Positions 33,410 to 45,470 of a stretch of 64,000 bases of DNA are shown here, in pieces. This DNA comes from Histomonas meleagridis 2922-C6/04-290x (Eukaryota > Protista > Parabasalia), in the NCBI GenBank assembly GCA_020184695.1, contig JAANOX010000271.1, positions 1 through 64,000 of the forward strand, in the 5' to 3' direction. Position numbers and translations under genes: made by a program. The notes beneath the pieces are model-generated. The model saw nothing but the letters and a program-made list of their open reading frames with translations. It had not been told where the DNA came from and made no database searches. The stretch's first letter is position 1. Each line of letters begins with the position of its first letter.

Positions 33410-34966
33410 AAGTTATGTGTATAATAATTTTTGTTTGTGTTTAGAATCGATTATAAATGAATTGTTCATAAAAAATGAACAATCGTTTTCGATATTGTAA
33501 GATGCTTTGGGTATTTAAAATATAACTTAACTTATGCACACACAACCCAAAAAAAGCGTAATGATATTTGAAAATTATTTGAAATATTAACTCCGCTTAT
33601 TTTAACATCTCGATTAGATAATACATAATAGTTTACTTCTTGAACAAGAAGGAATTAATATTAATGCTAAAGGTTGCTATTTCGGGGCAAAGAAGTTGGA
33701 TTCTTACGCCTTTGGCTCGATATTTTCAAAAAATATCCTCTTTCAAAAATCTTTGATAATTTCAATCAATGAGATTTTATTCTATCAATATTTGAAATAT
33801 TTAAAATTTCTACTTTTTCATATGCCTATTGAAATTAGTCTTTGGCCGTATGACAGACTGTAAAAAGAAAAAATACATTTTTACAAAACGACCGTTTATT
33901 ACCAGATGAACAACAATAAAATGCAAAATCTCCAATTGTTATTACATTTTCTCCAATGACTGCTGCTTATAAATGGATCTAAATTTTGTTATTTTTCTTA
34001 TATTAAATTTGTTTTCATATCTTTATGCAATTAATTTTTTTTAACATACTTTAATTCTACCTAAGTAATCGTATATCGCACTACCGATGAATTTCCCCTC
34101 CTGATTAAGGTTTATGACCCCCTAGTGTCAAATTACTTTCAACTTTATGAAATTCTAAGATATTAAATTTATTTCAATGCCATTTTGTACCAAAACAATT
34201 TCTCTATCCAACTATTTGAAGACAGGCATTCAAATACAACTTCTACAAAATGATATTAAAATTTTAAAGTATTTGTTTTAAAAAAGTAAATTATTTGTTG
34301 TTGCCTTGTTTCTGTCGATAATGTAAAGGCATGAAACACTGATAAAACATGGATTAACCTTATTAAATACTTGGAATAGCTTAAGAATACCAAGGATGAT
34401 AAGCGTTTGTTAAAATAATCAAATAGCTTATAAATCTAAATGAAAAAATCATTTTTTTTGTTGTTCATTTATCGAGAAAATATATTTGTTTTTTCTTTTT
34501 GAATAAATCGATTTGTTTGGACATATAATTCATTTCTAAGATACTACTGGATACAAGAAAGGAGCTGTCATCAAAAAACAATAAGGAATTTTTTTTTAAA
34601 AATGTTCATTGTTTGTGAAAGTAATTTCTGTGAAAATGTTTTTGAATGAATTAGATTTTAATTTGACTGTAAAAGGCAGCTAGATTTTAAAATAATTGAA
34701 ATGACTATATAGAAAAGTTGAAAATTTTATTTGAAAGCTCGGTATTGAATTATTGTTGTATTGAGTGATTTTGATCGTTTTGCGTGTAAAATTGATATGA
34801 AAACAATAATATTTTGTATCAAGTTAAAAGCAAAAATGAGAAGAGAACATTATCATCTCACTTATCATTGTTTATGACTCGTATCGATTAAATTTTTGAT
34901 GACAATTTCAATTTCAGATGAAAAACAATAGGTTTCATACATTTTTGATGAAAATTTGAAGGTTTT

Positions 34967-37141
34967 TTGTTCGAGTTAAAATCAAGAATATATCTTGCAA
35001 TTCCAATCATCAAATTGATGAAAAAATATGAAATATATCTATTAATGACTTTCAGCATTCGTTTTATTGACTTTATTTCCAACATATTTCATGATGAAAA
35101 ATATTTTTTCATAAAAAAATATAAAATATATAAATTTCAAAAAAACAAAAATGAAACAGCAAATCAACAGATCCATAACGAATATCCTCATTATCTGTTC
35201 AATAATAACAAAAATCATTCAAATAACAAAATTTTATTTTTCTCATATGAAAAGATTCATAAAATAAGTTATAAATATTATCATTTATTAAGTCACTTAT
35301 TTACAAATTTATTTTCTATCTTTAAAAAATGTTTCGAATTAACTTCTTCTTCTAAATTTAAAAATCACTTTATTTATTCTTTGAAGAAAATTCTATTTTA
35401 TTTTGATATTTATATAATAAATAAAGTCGAAATATTTTATATTTTATTGAGGAATTTCTTTTGTTTCATATTTAAATCAACAATTAACAATTTATATATT
35501 AATTCATTTTTAATTATATTTAATATTCTTTTTCAATTTATTAAGTATTTTTATAAAAGTTATTTAATTTATGATAAAAATAAACAAAATTTCAAAATAT
35601 TTTTGATTTTAATGATTATATTTTTTGTTAATACAAAGCAATCATATAACGAAGAGACAAAAACACTCACAATATCTGACTTCATTGATTATTCAAATGT
35701 TTACAAGAATGATACAGAACGTGTTATAATTATTGATGTTGGCGAGATTGAAAGTAATGCATTCAGAGAATGGCCTTTATTAACAACAGTAATAATTGGA
35801 GAAACAGTTGAAAATATCGGTAGTGGAGCATTTGCATTATGTAAACAATTAAAATATGTCCAATTTCCAGATAAATTAATGAGTGGAATTGGAGGTGGTG
35901 CATTTGCAGAATGTATTTCATTAAATAACATTACAATTCGTTGTAATAGCATTAGTGGTAATGCATTTTATAAATGTACAGGACTTGAAACGATAACATT
36001 ATATGAAGGCGTCCGAAATATTGACTCAGATGCATTCAGAGGATGTACAAACCTTGTGAATATTTATATACCAAGTTCAGTTACTTCGATTGGGAATCCA
36101 TTTTTAGAATGTACGAAACTTCAATTTATTAATGTTTCAGAAGAAAATATTGGATATTCGAATTATGAAAATGATGGGGTTTTATATGATAAAGAAATTA
36201 CATATATTATTAGTTATCCTAATATGAAAAGTAAAACATTTACAATTCCTAATTCAGTCATTTCTATTATGAATTATGCTTTTGCAAGTTGTAATAATTT
36301 AGAAAGAATTTTTATTGATGAAAATGTTCAATATATTAATTCATGTGCATTTTTTAATTGTACATCACTTCAATGTATTTATTTTAATGGAGAAATTTCA
36401 CCAGAAATACGAAATGATGCATTTGTTAATATAAATGCGACAATAGTTATGACAATAGAAACATATCAAAATGAAACATTTGGAAATATGGAAATTACTA
36501 AGGGAACAACACTTGACGAATGTCTCCCGCCAACACGAACATTCACTAACATAAATACATTTGCTAATTCAAACACATTTACGAAATCAAAAAATAATTT
36601 TGATTCAAATACTTATGTTAATACATTTTCAATGAAATTTACTTTTGTTAATACTATTACTTTAACTTATTCTTTATCGTATATAAAAACTTTATCAATT
36701 TATTATTATACGAACATAAAATCTTATTCAGTTACTTTCAATGAATCTGAAACTAAAAATATTTATGTCGATTTCATATATTATAATTATACAATTATAT
36801 ATTATCCAGAATATTTTACTTATTATTCGAATTTTTTTTATATTTCTTATATCGAAGATGTAATAACGAACAATGATGATAATAATACATTAATTATCAT
36901 TATAATTGTTATTGTAATTGTAATAATTATTGTATTTGTAATGATAATAAAAATTTTTATGATTAAATATCAAAATAAGAAGCGGAAACAAAATGAAGAA
37001 GAAATGAATATTTCAGATGAAAATAATAATAAAATTAATGAAATAGATAATACATTTTCAGTTGGTATTAATAATTCAAATATTGAAGAAGATCCATTTG
37101 CAGACGATTTCAAAGAAGAAAAATTTATCAGTCAGATATAA
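34967..37141 (+). CDS. BspA-like leucine-rich-repeat surface protein (TpLRR), TM and EEDPF tail
   Basis: Repeats of IGxxAFxxCxxLxxIxIPxSVxxI, Ser/Thr stalk, TM helix, cytoplasmic EEDPFADDFKEEKF. Confidence 0.92.
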   Translation: MFELKSRIYLAIPIIKLMKKYEIYLLMTFSIRFIDFISNIFHDEKYFFIKKYKIYKFQKNKNETANQQIHNEYPHYLFNNNKNHSNNKILFFSYEKIHKISYKYYHLLSHLFTNLFSIFKKCFELTSSSKFKNHFIYSLKKILFYFDIYIINKVEIFYILLRNFFCFIFKSTINNLYINSFLIIFNILFQFIKYFYKSYLIYDKNKQNFKIFLILMIIFFVNTKQSYNEETKTLTISDFIDYSNVYKNDTERVIIIDVGEIESNAFREWPLLTTVIIGETVENIGSGAFALCKQLKYVQFPDKLMSGIGGGAFAECISLNNITIRCNSISGNAFYKCTGLETITLYEGVRNIDSDAFRGCTNLVNIYIPSSVTSIGNPFLECTKLQFINVSEENIGYSNYENDGVLYDKEITYIISYPNMKSKTFTIPNSVISIMNYAFASCNNLERIFIDENVQYINSCAFFNCTSLQCIYFNGEISPEIRNDAFVNINATIVMTIETYQNETFGNMEITKGTTLDECLPPTRTFTNINTFANSNTFTKSKNNFDSNTYVNTFSMKFTFVNTITLTYSLSYIKTLSIYYYTNIKSYSVTFNESETKNIYVDFIYYNYTIIYYPEYFTYYSNFFYISYIEDVITNNDDNNTLIIIIIVIVIVIIIVFVMIIKIFMIKYQNKKRKQNEEEMNISDENNNKINEIDNTFSVGINNSNIEEDPFADDFKEEKFISQI

Positions 37142-37300
37142 ATAAACATATTTTAAGACAAAATATTTTAATTTGTTTATTAATTTAATAAATACAAACT
37201 TTTGTGTTATTTAGCAAATTTTATGTTTCTTCTATTATATGATTATTATAGTAAATCTAATTTATCCAAATCATAAACACTAAAAGTAAATGATAAATTA

Positions 37301-37815
37301 TAGGGGGTGGAAAAAGTGCGTTCGTCAGCCTTTTTTTCAATGAAAAAAAAAGTAAAAGAAAATTTGTAAATTTATTATGCTATGTATTCACCTTGAGTTT
37401 CAATTGTAATTAAAAGTCTGTTCATCCATTCATTATATACGGCTCTGCAGGTGTCTTTAGAAATACTATACAGTAATGCCTCAACCTTTTGAAAAAGTTG
37501 ATCTTCATCTTCAAATTCCTCACCTTCGAGCATTTTTTTTTAATATCCTAACAGAAAAAAATCAGATGGTGCGAGATCTGACGAAAACGGTTGAGGAAGC
37601 CTTTTAATGCCCAATTCATCCAATTTTTCATGAACCAAATGAGGTCGGGCGTTATCCATATGCAAAAAATACCTATTAGTTGAAATTCTTTTTGCCAAAT
37701 CTCCAAGTACACCATCAGGAAATAAATTTCGATTAAATTTTTGACCTATTGTAAGAATGGTTATTGATTTGATACCAGTTATAGACCGTATAACAAATAT
37801 TATTACTTTTTCGGA
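37301..37815 (-). mobile_element. Truncated mariner (Tc1/mariner) transposon remnant
   Basis: Minus strand gives FLHMDNARPH...SDLAPSDFFLLG...EWMNRL...GEYIA* (stop at 37375). A TIR-like TAGGGGGTGGAAAAAGTG follows a TA at 37299-37300; the other end was not found. Confidence 0.85.
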
Positions 37816-38528
37816 GGCAATAGTTATCCATAAATTTTAAATTCATATCCTAATTTATATATAAAATAAGGGAATTTTTTATAATAAACATATCGATAAT
37901 ATTTTTCGCAAATTTAAAAAAAAATTCACAACTGACACAATTATAATTGAAACTTATAATGCTTCAAATGACATTCATGTTCATTAATGAATTATTTGGA
38001 ATACAAACAGTTTGTATTGTATAAAACATTTTTTTGAAATTGAATTCTTTATATTTAACAATTAAATCATAATCAAAGTGTTAAAAAATCATTAATTATA
38101 AGATATTTTTTCAAATGAAAATTTTAATGAAGATATAATATTTTTTTTTAAAACGGACTCCCCAATTAACCACATGAAAATTATTATATACGAGTATTGT
38201 TAGAGAAATGTTTAAAATATTTTTATTTTCTGTATAATTTTGTTATTCTTTTTTTTATGTATCGCTCACTCGTAAAGAAACGAATCTTGATGAATTTGTA
38301 ACCTAATATCGATTCAAAAAGTCATTTTTCCTTCTTTGTCCAGAGCCTCCAATAATGAATATATTGTATCAAGAATTATCCGGTTTATAGAACAAATAAA
38401 TTATAAAAAATTGCAAAGACAGATTTTGGAATTTTTGCTATGATCTATAGATATTGAAAATCTTGTATAACTTAAAAACAGAATGAAAACTATATAAAAA
38501 TTATATAAATTAATATTAACCATTATTA

Positions 38529-38529
38529 G

Positions 38530-38562
<33 letters not shown>
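38529..38562. repeat. (TA)n microsatellite
   Basis: Directly visible. Confidence 0.9.
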
Positions 38563-38566
<4 letters not shown>

Positions 38567-39116
38567 ATTTGAACTTTTGGAGTTTGCTCATAAAAAAAAT
38601 AAGATAACAAAATTTAGTTATGATAATTTTATTGAAAGGAATGTGTATATTTATTAATTTATATTTCTTTGAATTTAGCTTAGTGGAAAATGGGGAAAAT
38701 TGGTTTTCTGATTTGAAACGACCGTTTATTTTGTTGACAGCTTTTTTTCAGATCGATGAAACAAAAACGGTTGTTTGGATAAATACTGCATTCAAAATTC
38801 AATACGTTGTCTGTTAATTGTGTTGATGCGAACTTTTTGATAGTTTTTCTTTCAAAAGCTTTCCTTGACGACAAGCAAAATCACTTTCTTCCGATCATTT
38901 TTTTTCTGTGTTTCAACCATATAAACGAGGCAATTTTCTGACACTTTTTAATAAAAACATTACGTTTCAGCTTTGTAAACAGCTTCCGATTGCAGAAACA
39001 ATAAAACATGTTTCAACGAAAGTTATACCAATGAATTGACGGAAAGGCGGCGCGGTTGAATTTCTCTATATCGTTTTTGACTGATTTATTAGCAAGTTTC
39101 CCAAGTTTTCTCGCAG

Positions 39117-40799
39117 ATGTGTTCTCTCTTCTTGGTTTTACCCATGTATTTTTTTTGCTTATTACAAATCTCTCCAAAAAATTCAGGTTCAAAGATTTTT
39201 AGTGATCAATTATCTATTTCTCAAACTCTCAAACACTCCCCTTACCTTACTTTAGAATCCAAAGGGTTTAAATATTTAACACACTCAGCCTATAACAAAG
39301 AGAGTGTATTTAAAGTCACAAATTTTATTATGCAAACAGCGAATGAATCAAATACATTTAATTATATCACAGAAGAATATCAGCATCATTCCCATTTATT
39401 AAAGCTACCTATATCATATGTTAAACATTATTTCAAATTCTTTTCTTTGGTGTTTAATCATTTTCCATTAAAAGCTTATTTACCAGTTTCAATGAATAAT
39501 GGCTTCATGAAAAAAATGTTCAAATTCAATGAAACTGCTCAAGTTCTAATGTATAACTTTTTTATTTTGGGATTTTTTTTATTTTATGAAATCAAATTTT
39601 TAATTTATAAAATGAAAACAAATGGAAAGAAAAAACAGAAAAATGTTTTTATTTTTGTTATATTTTTCACAAATTCTTATGAAATATTTCATAAAGATAA
39701 TTCAACACTCTTAATCACAAATTCAAATGATTTTATTGATATTGATCAGTATCAAAATAACACAAAATTTATAACTATCAGTGAAAATATTTATTCAATT
39801 CCAGGTGGTTCATTTTCAGGATGGCATTCAGTTGTTTCGGTTAATTTTGGTAATTCAGTATCAAATATTGGAGGTTCTGTGTTTTCGTCATGTTCTAAAT
39901 TAGAAACGATTATTTTTGGAGAAAATGTTACAACAATTGGTGGTTCAGCATTTTCATTGTGTTCATCAATCAAAAACATTACAATTCCAAATTCAGTTAC
40001 AACAATTGGCGAATCAGCATTTTCAACATGTTCTAATTTAATCATATTAACACTTGGATATGGAATTAAAGAAATTGGAGATTCAGCATTTGGGAATTGT
40101 TATTATCTTGAATGCATTTATTATTATGGAGATTCAGAACCTGATATTGGTTTAAGTGCATTTTTTAATGTATCAACAAGTGTTATCACATATTCAACAT
40201 ATGTCGAGGAACAATTTGGACAATTAGATGTTGTTAGCGAATCCACAGAAGGAATATGCGAACCACTTGAAACACATTCAATTTGTCAATCAAATACATT
40301 TTCTAATTCGAATACATTTACTGCATCATTACAAAGTGATATTTCATTATCATTTTCATATACATTAACAGTTACATTATCAATTACACATTCATTAACT
40401 ATTTATGAAACACAAACGAAAACATTTTCATTATATATAAATAATTCGACATTTTCATATATTGAAACAGAATTTATTTATTACAATTATACGATTGTTA
40501 TTTATTCGACTTATTATAATTATTATTCCAATTTCTTTACAATGTTTCATACTTCCGATGAAAATTCACCAAATGGAATTACGACAAATGCTTTGATTGG
40601 AATTATTTGCGGATCATTTGCATTTGTTTTCATCATTGTTGGAATTGTTATATTTTTAGTGAGAAGTAATAACAAGAAAGAAAAATCGATTTCAAAGTTA
40701 CAATTTAAGGACACGACGACATCAAGTACAAAGCAAATCGAAGAAGTAAATAGTTTAGTTGAAGATATTGCGAAAGAAGATGAAGACAATTGGCTATGA
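39117..40799 (+). CDS. BspA-like LRR surface protein
   Basis: TpLRR repeats (IGGSAFSLCSSIKNITIPNSVTTIGESAF), stalk, TM, acidic tail ending EDEDNWL. Confidence 0.92.
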   Translation: MCSLFLVLPMYFFCLLQISPKNSGSKIFSDQLSISQTLKHSPYLTLESKGFKYLTHSAYNKESVFKVTNFIMQTANESNTFNYITEEYQHHSHLLKLPISYVKHYFKFFSLVFNHFPLKAYLPVSMNNGFMKKMFKFNETAQVLMYNFFILGFFLFYEIKFLIYKMKTNGKKKQKNVFIFVIFFTNSYEIFHKDNSTLLITNSNDFIDIDQYQNNTKFITISENIYSIPGGSFSGWHSVVSVNFGNSVSNIGGSVFSSCSKLETIIFGENVTTIGGSAFSLCSSIKNITIPNSVTTIGESAFSTCSNLIILTLGYGIKEIGDSAFGNCYYLECIYYYGDSEPDIGLSAFFNVSTSVITYSTYVEEQFGQLDVVSESTEGICEPLETHSICQSNTFSNSNTFTASLQSDISLSFSYTLTVTLSITHSLTIYETQTKTFSLYINNSTFSYIETEFIYYNYTIVIYSTYYNYYSNFFTMFHTSDENSPNGITTNALIGIICGSFAFVFIIVGIVIFLVRSNNKKEKSISKLQFKDTTTSSTKQIEEVNSLVEDIAKEDEDNWL

Positions 40800-41514
40800 A
40801 GAAAATGTGTAATAATAAAATTTTTTAAATTTAATTTTTATAAACTAATACAAAATTATTTTGTTGTTACATAAAATAAAATGAAATCATATTAACGATA
40901 TTATCATTTTGACTTTTTAATGTTTTTCATTAAATTGTTTTAATAAGAAATTTTGAATTTTGAAGATGTGTAACTGTCTTTAAATATAACGAGGTAATAT
41001 TGTTTGAACACCGATTAAATTTGAATTATGATTACATTTACATTAAATGTTAGCACTTTTTGAATGAAATTTGATGAATTTTACTTGGATTGATATATCA
41101 TAAAATCAGATAATATTTTCTAATTTGTAGATACATTAAAGGATTATGTGCATAAAGCTTTTATTATTGAATAATAGACTTAAAATCTAAAAATAAAAGA
41201 ATAATTAATGTATTATAAAAAAATGAATTTTCATTATGACAAAAACGATATAAACAGACAAAAGACACATCAAATGGAAGCACGAATACAGCTCTATAAC
41301 ATATGTTCATCATGTTATTCAAAAGTGTCTTCATAATGTTTTAAAGTCGTTCCTTTGTTTGTCATTCTAAAATGTTAATTCAAATATTTCTGAGTTGATG
41401 TGAAGAACTATAATTATACAACAGGGCTTCTAACGTTTAACCGTGAGATTTTAAACTTTTGAGAAAGCCGATGTATATTTGGTAAAGGCCTAAAAGTATA
41501 TTACAAGCTGAAGC

Positions 41515-43417
41515 ATGAGAATCTTACTTTTGTTCAGCATTCTGCTCATGACAAAGCGATTTAGAAACGATATAAAAGTTATTACATCTCATATCATTCA
41601 AAAAGAAATATTACAAATACAAAAAGACGAAAGCAAGAAAGGAATGACTTACCATTGTGATAGAGAAGTTTTAAATAATGAAATTATGAACAAAAAATTT
41701 AAAAGATTTAACAATAATTATTATAAAGTTTTGATCAGAGACTTATACTTAAATTCAAAACTTAACAACAAATCTACAGCAATGACACATCATGATTTTA
41801 ATAACAAACAAAATTTTCAAAGAACATATTTTTCAAGCATTTTGAAAAAAGACTTTGAAATCAAAATATTTGTCAATAACGGCATACTTGACAAAGCTTT
41901 GAACAAATGTTATGAAAATATATCTTCTATAAAACGTGAATTTTCACATTTTTTGATGATGCGAAACGACAACGAAGAAGGACCAAATATTTTCAATGTT
42001 TTACTTTATTTAACCTTAATTTTTTCAATGACATTTTCGGTTATATATATTAAATTTTATCAGAAAAACACAATTTTAGTTCAGAAAATATTAACGACCA
42101 AATATATATTGAATACAAAAGATCAGAAAAAAATTGAAAATATTTAAATTCTCATTTTTGTTATATTTTTCACAAATTCTTATGAAATATTTCATAAAGA
42201 TAATTCAACACTCTTAATCACAAATTCAAATGATTTTATTGATATTGATCAGTATCAAAATAACACAAAATTTATAACTATCAGTGAAAATATTTATTCA
42301 ATTCCAGGTGGTTCATTTTCAGGATGGCATTCAGTTGTTTCGGTTTTTTTTTGGTAATTCAGTATCAAATATTGGAGGTTCTGTGTTTTCGTCATGTTCT
42401 AAATTAGAAACGATTATTTTTGGAGAAAATGTTACAACAATTGGTGGTTCAGCATTTTCATTGTGTTCATCAATCAAAAACATTACAATTCCAAATTCAG
42501 TTACAACAATTGGCGAATCAGCATTTTCAACATGTTCTAATTTAATCATATTAACACTTGGATATGGAATTAAAGAAATTGGAGATTCAGCATTTGGGAA
42601 TTGTTATTATCTTGAATGCATTTATTATTATGGAGATTCAGAACCTGATATTGGTTTAAGTGCATTTTTTAATGTATCAACAAGTGTTATCACATATTCA
42701 ACATATGTCGAGGAACAATTTGGACAATTAGATGTTGTTAGCGAATCCACAGAAGGAATATGCGAACCACTTGAAACACATTCATTTAGTCAATCAAATA
42801 CATTTTCTAATTCGAATACATATGCACAGTCAGATTCAAGATCATCCCCAGAATTATATTCATTTAGTCAATCGAATACATTTTCTAATTCGAATACATT
42901 TACTGCATCACTTCAAAGTGATATTTCATTATCATTATCATTTTCATATACATTAACAGTTACATTATCAATTACACATTCATTAACTATTTATGAAACA
43001 CAAACGAAAACATTTTCATTATATATAAATAATTCGACATTTTCATATATTGAAACAGAATTTATTTATTACAATTATACGATTGTTATTTATTCGACTT
43101 ATTATAATTATTATTCCAATTTCTTTACAATGTTTTATTCAAATGATAATAATAATAATCAAAATAACGACAATAAAACAACAATTATTATCATTTCTGT
43201 TTGTGTAATTGTTATAGTAATAGTCATTATCATATTATTAATTATATTATTGACACATATTCGAAATAAAAAAGAAGAAATTTATGAAAATGATAAATCA
43301 GAACAAAATGAAAACGAAACTACAAATACATTTACTACGGGAATAAGTAACATAAATATTGAAGAAGATCCATTTGCTGAAGATTTTCAAGAAGAAAAAT
43401 TTATTGAACAAATTTAA
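41515..43417 (+). pseudogene. BspA-like gene with an in-frame TAA (42145-42147) and a +1 frameshift at T9 (42344-42352)
   Basis: ORF 41515-42147 is in frame with the downstream BspA sequence, which is nearly identical to 39650-40550. Tail EEDPFAEDFQEEKF. Confidence 0.75.
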
Positions 43418-43899
43418 AATAATTATCAATAAAAATACAATTTTTATGCATATTTGATATTTTGTAATAACACTTTTAAATAGGTTTTTTTACTCAGCGA
43501 CCTAAGGCTCAAGAAACCAATAGAACTTTTTCATTGCTTCATGAAATGAAAATGCTTTCAATGTGTTCTATGCATTTCTAAAATAGAATTTAAATATTTT
43601 CACTTTCAACATATTTAATAAAAACTCCACATAGATGTGGTGCTTTTCAAGGAAAGATTATAGTATATAACTAAGTAAAAACCAATTTATTCTCTTATTT
43701 TGAATTTAATATAGATAAGTGATAAAAAATAGTTACATTGCATATGAATATGATGTCATCAATAATTGATTAAACATTTTGAAATATAATTTTATAAAGA
43801 ATGAAGAATTAAAATATGTAGTGACACGCACAAAAAGAAAATATCTTGTTTGTCTTCAAAACAAATTGATTCAATTATTTTGTGCTATAACATAAACTG

Positions 43900-45200
43900 G
43901 AGGTGTATCATGTAATATATTTCATAAATCGCATAAAGGAATATATTTAGAATTAAAATCGTCACCACTCCTAAAAGATATAACACAATCATGAAAAACA
44001 AGTTGGAATAAAGGCATGCTTATGCTTTCATTAGTCATAACTCGTGTTTGTGCTACAGAAGCTTCACTTAAATATTCCGCTGCATTTGTACCAAATTCTA
44101 TAAAAAATAATTACAATAAGGAATTGCTAGATCTCTACAATCTTTACTTAAAACAACAAGTTTTCCATGTTCATTTTCATGGAAATATTGTAAAAGATTA
44201 AAACGATTTTGTATTGATTCTTTTCTTGTTTGTAGATGATAACATTCAAATAATACTGTACATGTTGCACCATCAATAAATTTAATTTTGCAACTTCTAA
44301 ATCATAATCTTCTTTAGCATACTTAAGTATTTGTTTATCACAAGTAGCATAAGTATCAATTTTTTGTCCGGGATTTGTTAAATTATTAACAGAACCAATT
44401 AATATTAATTGATTTGTTGAATTCACAACAATATCATCAGGATATGCAAAAGACCAATTCGCATTCCAAGCCATCCATTTTTTTCATGATATTCTGGATT
44501 ACCTGTGATTTGATAAGAATCATATACAGATGTTAATAAGCTTGTAATCAATTATAAACATAATCAAGATTTAATCTTATCGAACCAAAATCCATAATAT
44601 GATCAAATCCTAAACCGATAATTAATAGTTCTCGACAAATAAAATCAAATTCTTTAATTTGTCATTCGGTATATAACTTTTAAATTTCCAAAAGGATTTT
44701 CAAAAAAGAATTCATTTTTTCATTCGTATTTATAAGAAATATTTTTTCTGAGATAAAAAATAAAATATCTTCTCTTTGTACTTCAAAATAGTTTCTTTGG
44801 ATAAACGTGATAACAAACAAATTAATGATGGACCAAAATCAAATTCATTAATCTTTTCTGCAAATATTGGTCTAAATTTATCTACATATTTCAATACATT
44901 TAAAGTAAATTTTTTGAAATTCTTGATAAGCTGCAGTACTATTCTTATCCCAAGAATCATGAAATTGAATATTTATGTTTGGATTATTTTATACTTTCTC
45001 TGTATATGGTACACCTATACCTTTTTCTTGTGTAGTCTTCCTATAGCGCTATGCCATTGTTACATGATTACCTTTTAAGAAAAACATCATTAAATTTCGT
45101 GCATGAATTTTCAGGCATGCCTGAACATCGAATAGAAATATGACCAGCGTCATCATTTGATAAAAACACATGACTAATTCAATCCAATTGAACACATGAT
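43900..45200 (-). pseudogene. Degraded gene of unknown family
   Basis: Several same-strand coding-like fragments (44730-44960, 44148-44474) broken by stops and frameshifts. Confidence 0.35.
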
Positions 45201-45470
45201 CAGATCAGATAATAAAAAATAAATTTTATTTTTCATCTAAATAAATTAATAATTTTATTTCAGCATTTTTGTTGAGTTGTATAAGAATGTATTATGATAT
45301 TTTCTTATAATTTTCAATGCATATCTGGTCGGATTCAGGAAAAGATTTAAACGGTCATTCACAAACGATAATTATTTTGTATACAAAACGATCAAAATTC
45401 ACTCAAAACATTAGTATAACTTTATTAATTAATTTGCTTCAAGGCAACCAAAAAACTACAAAAAATTGAC

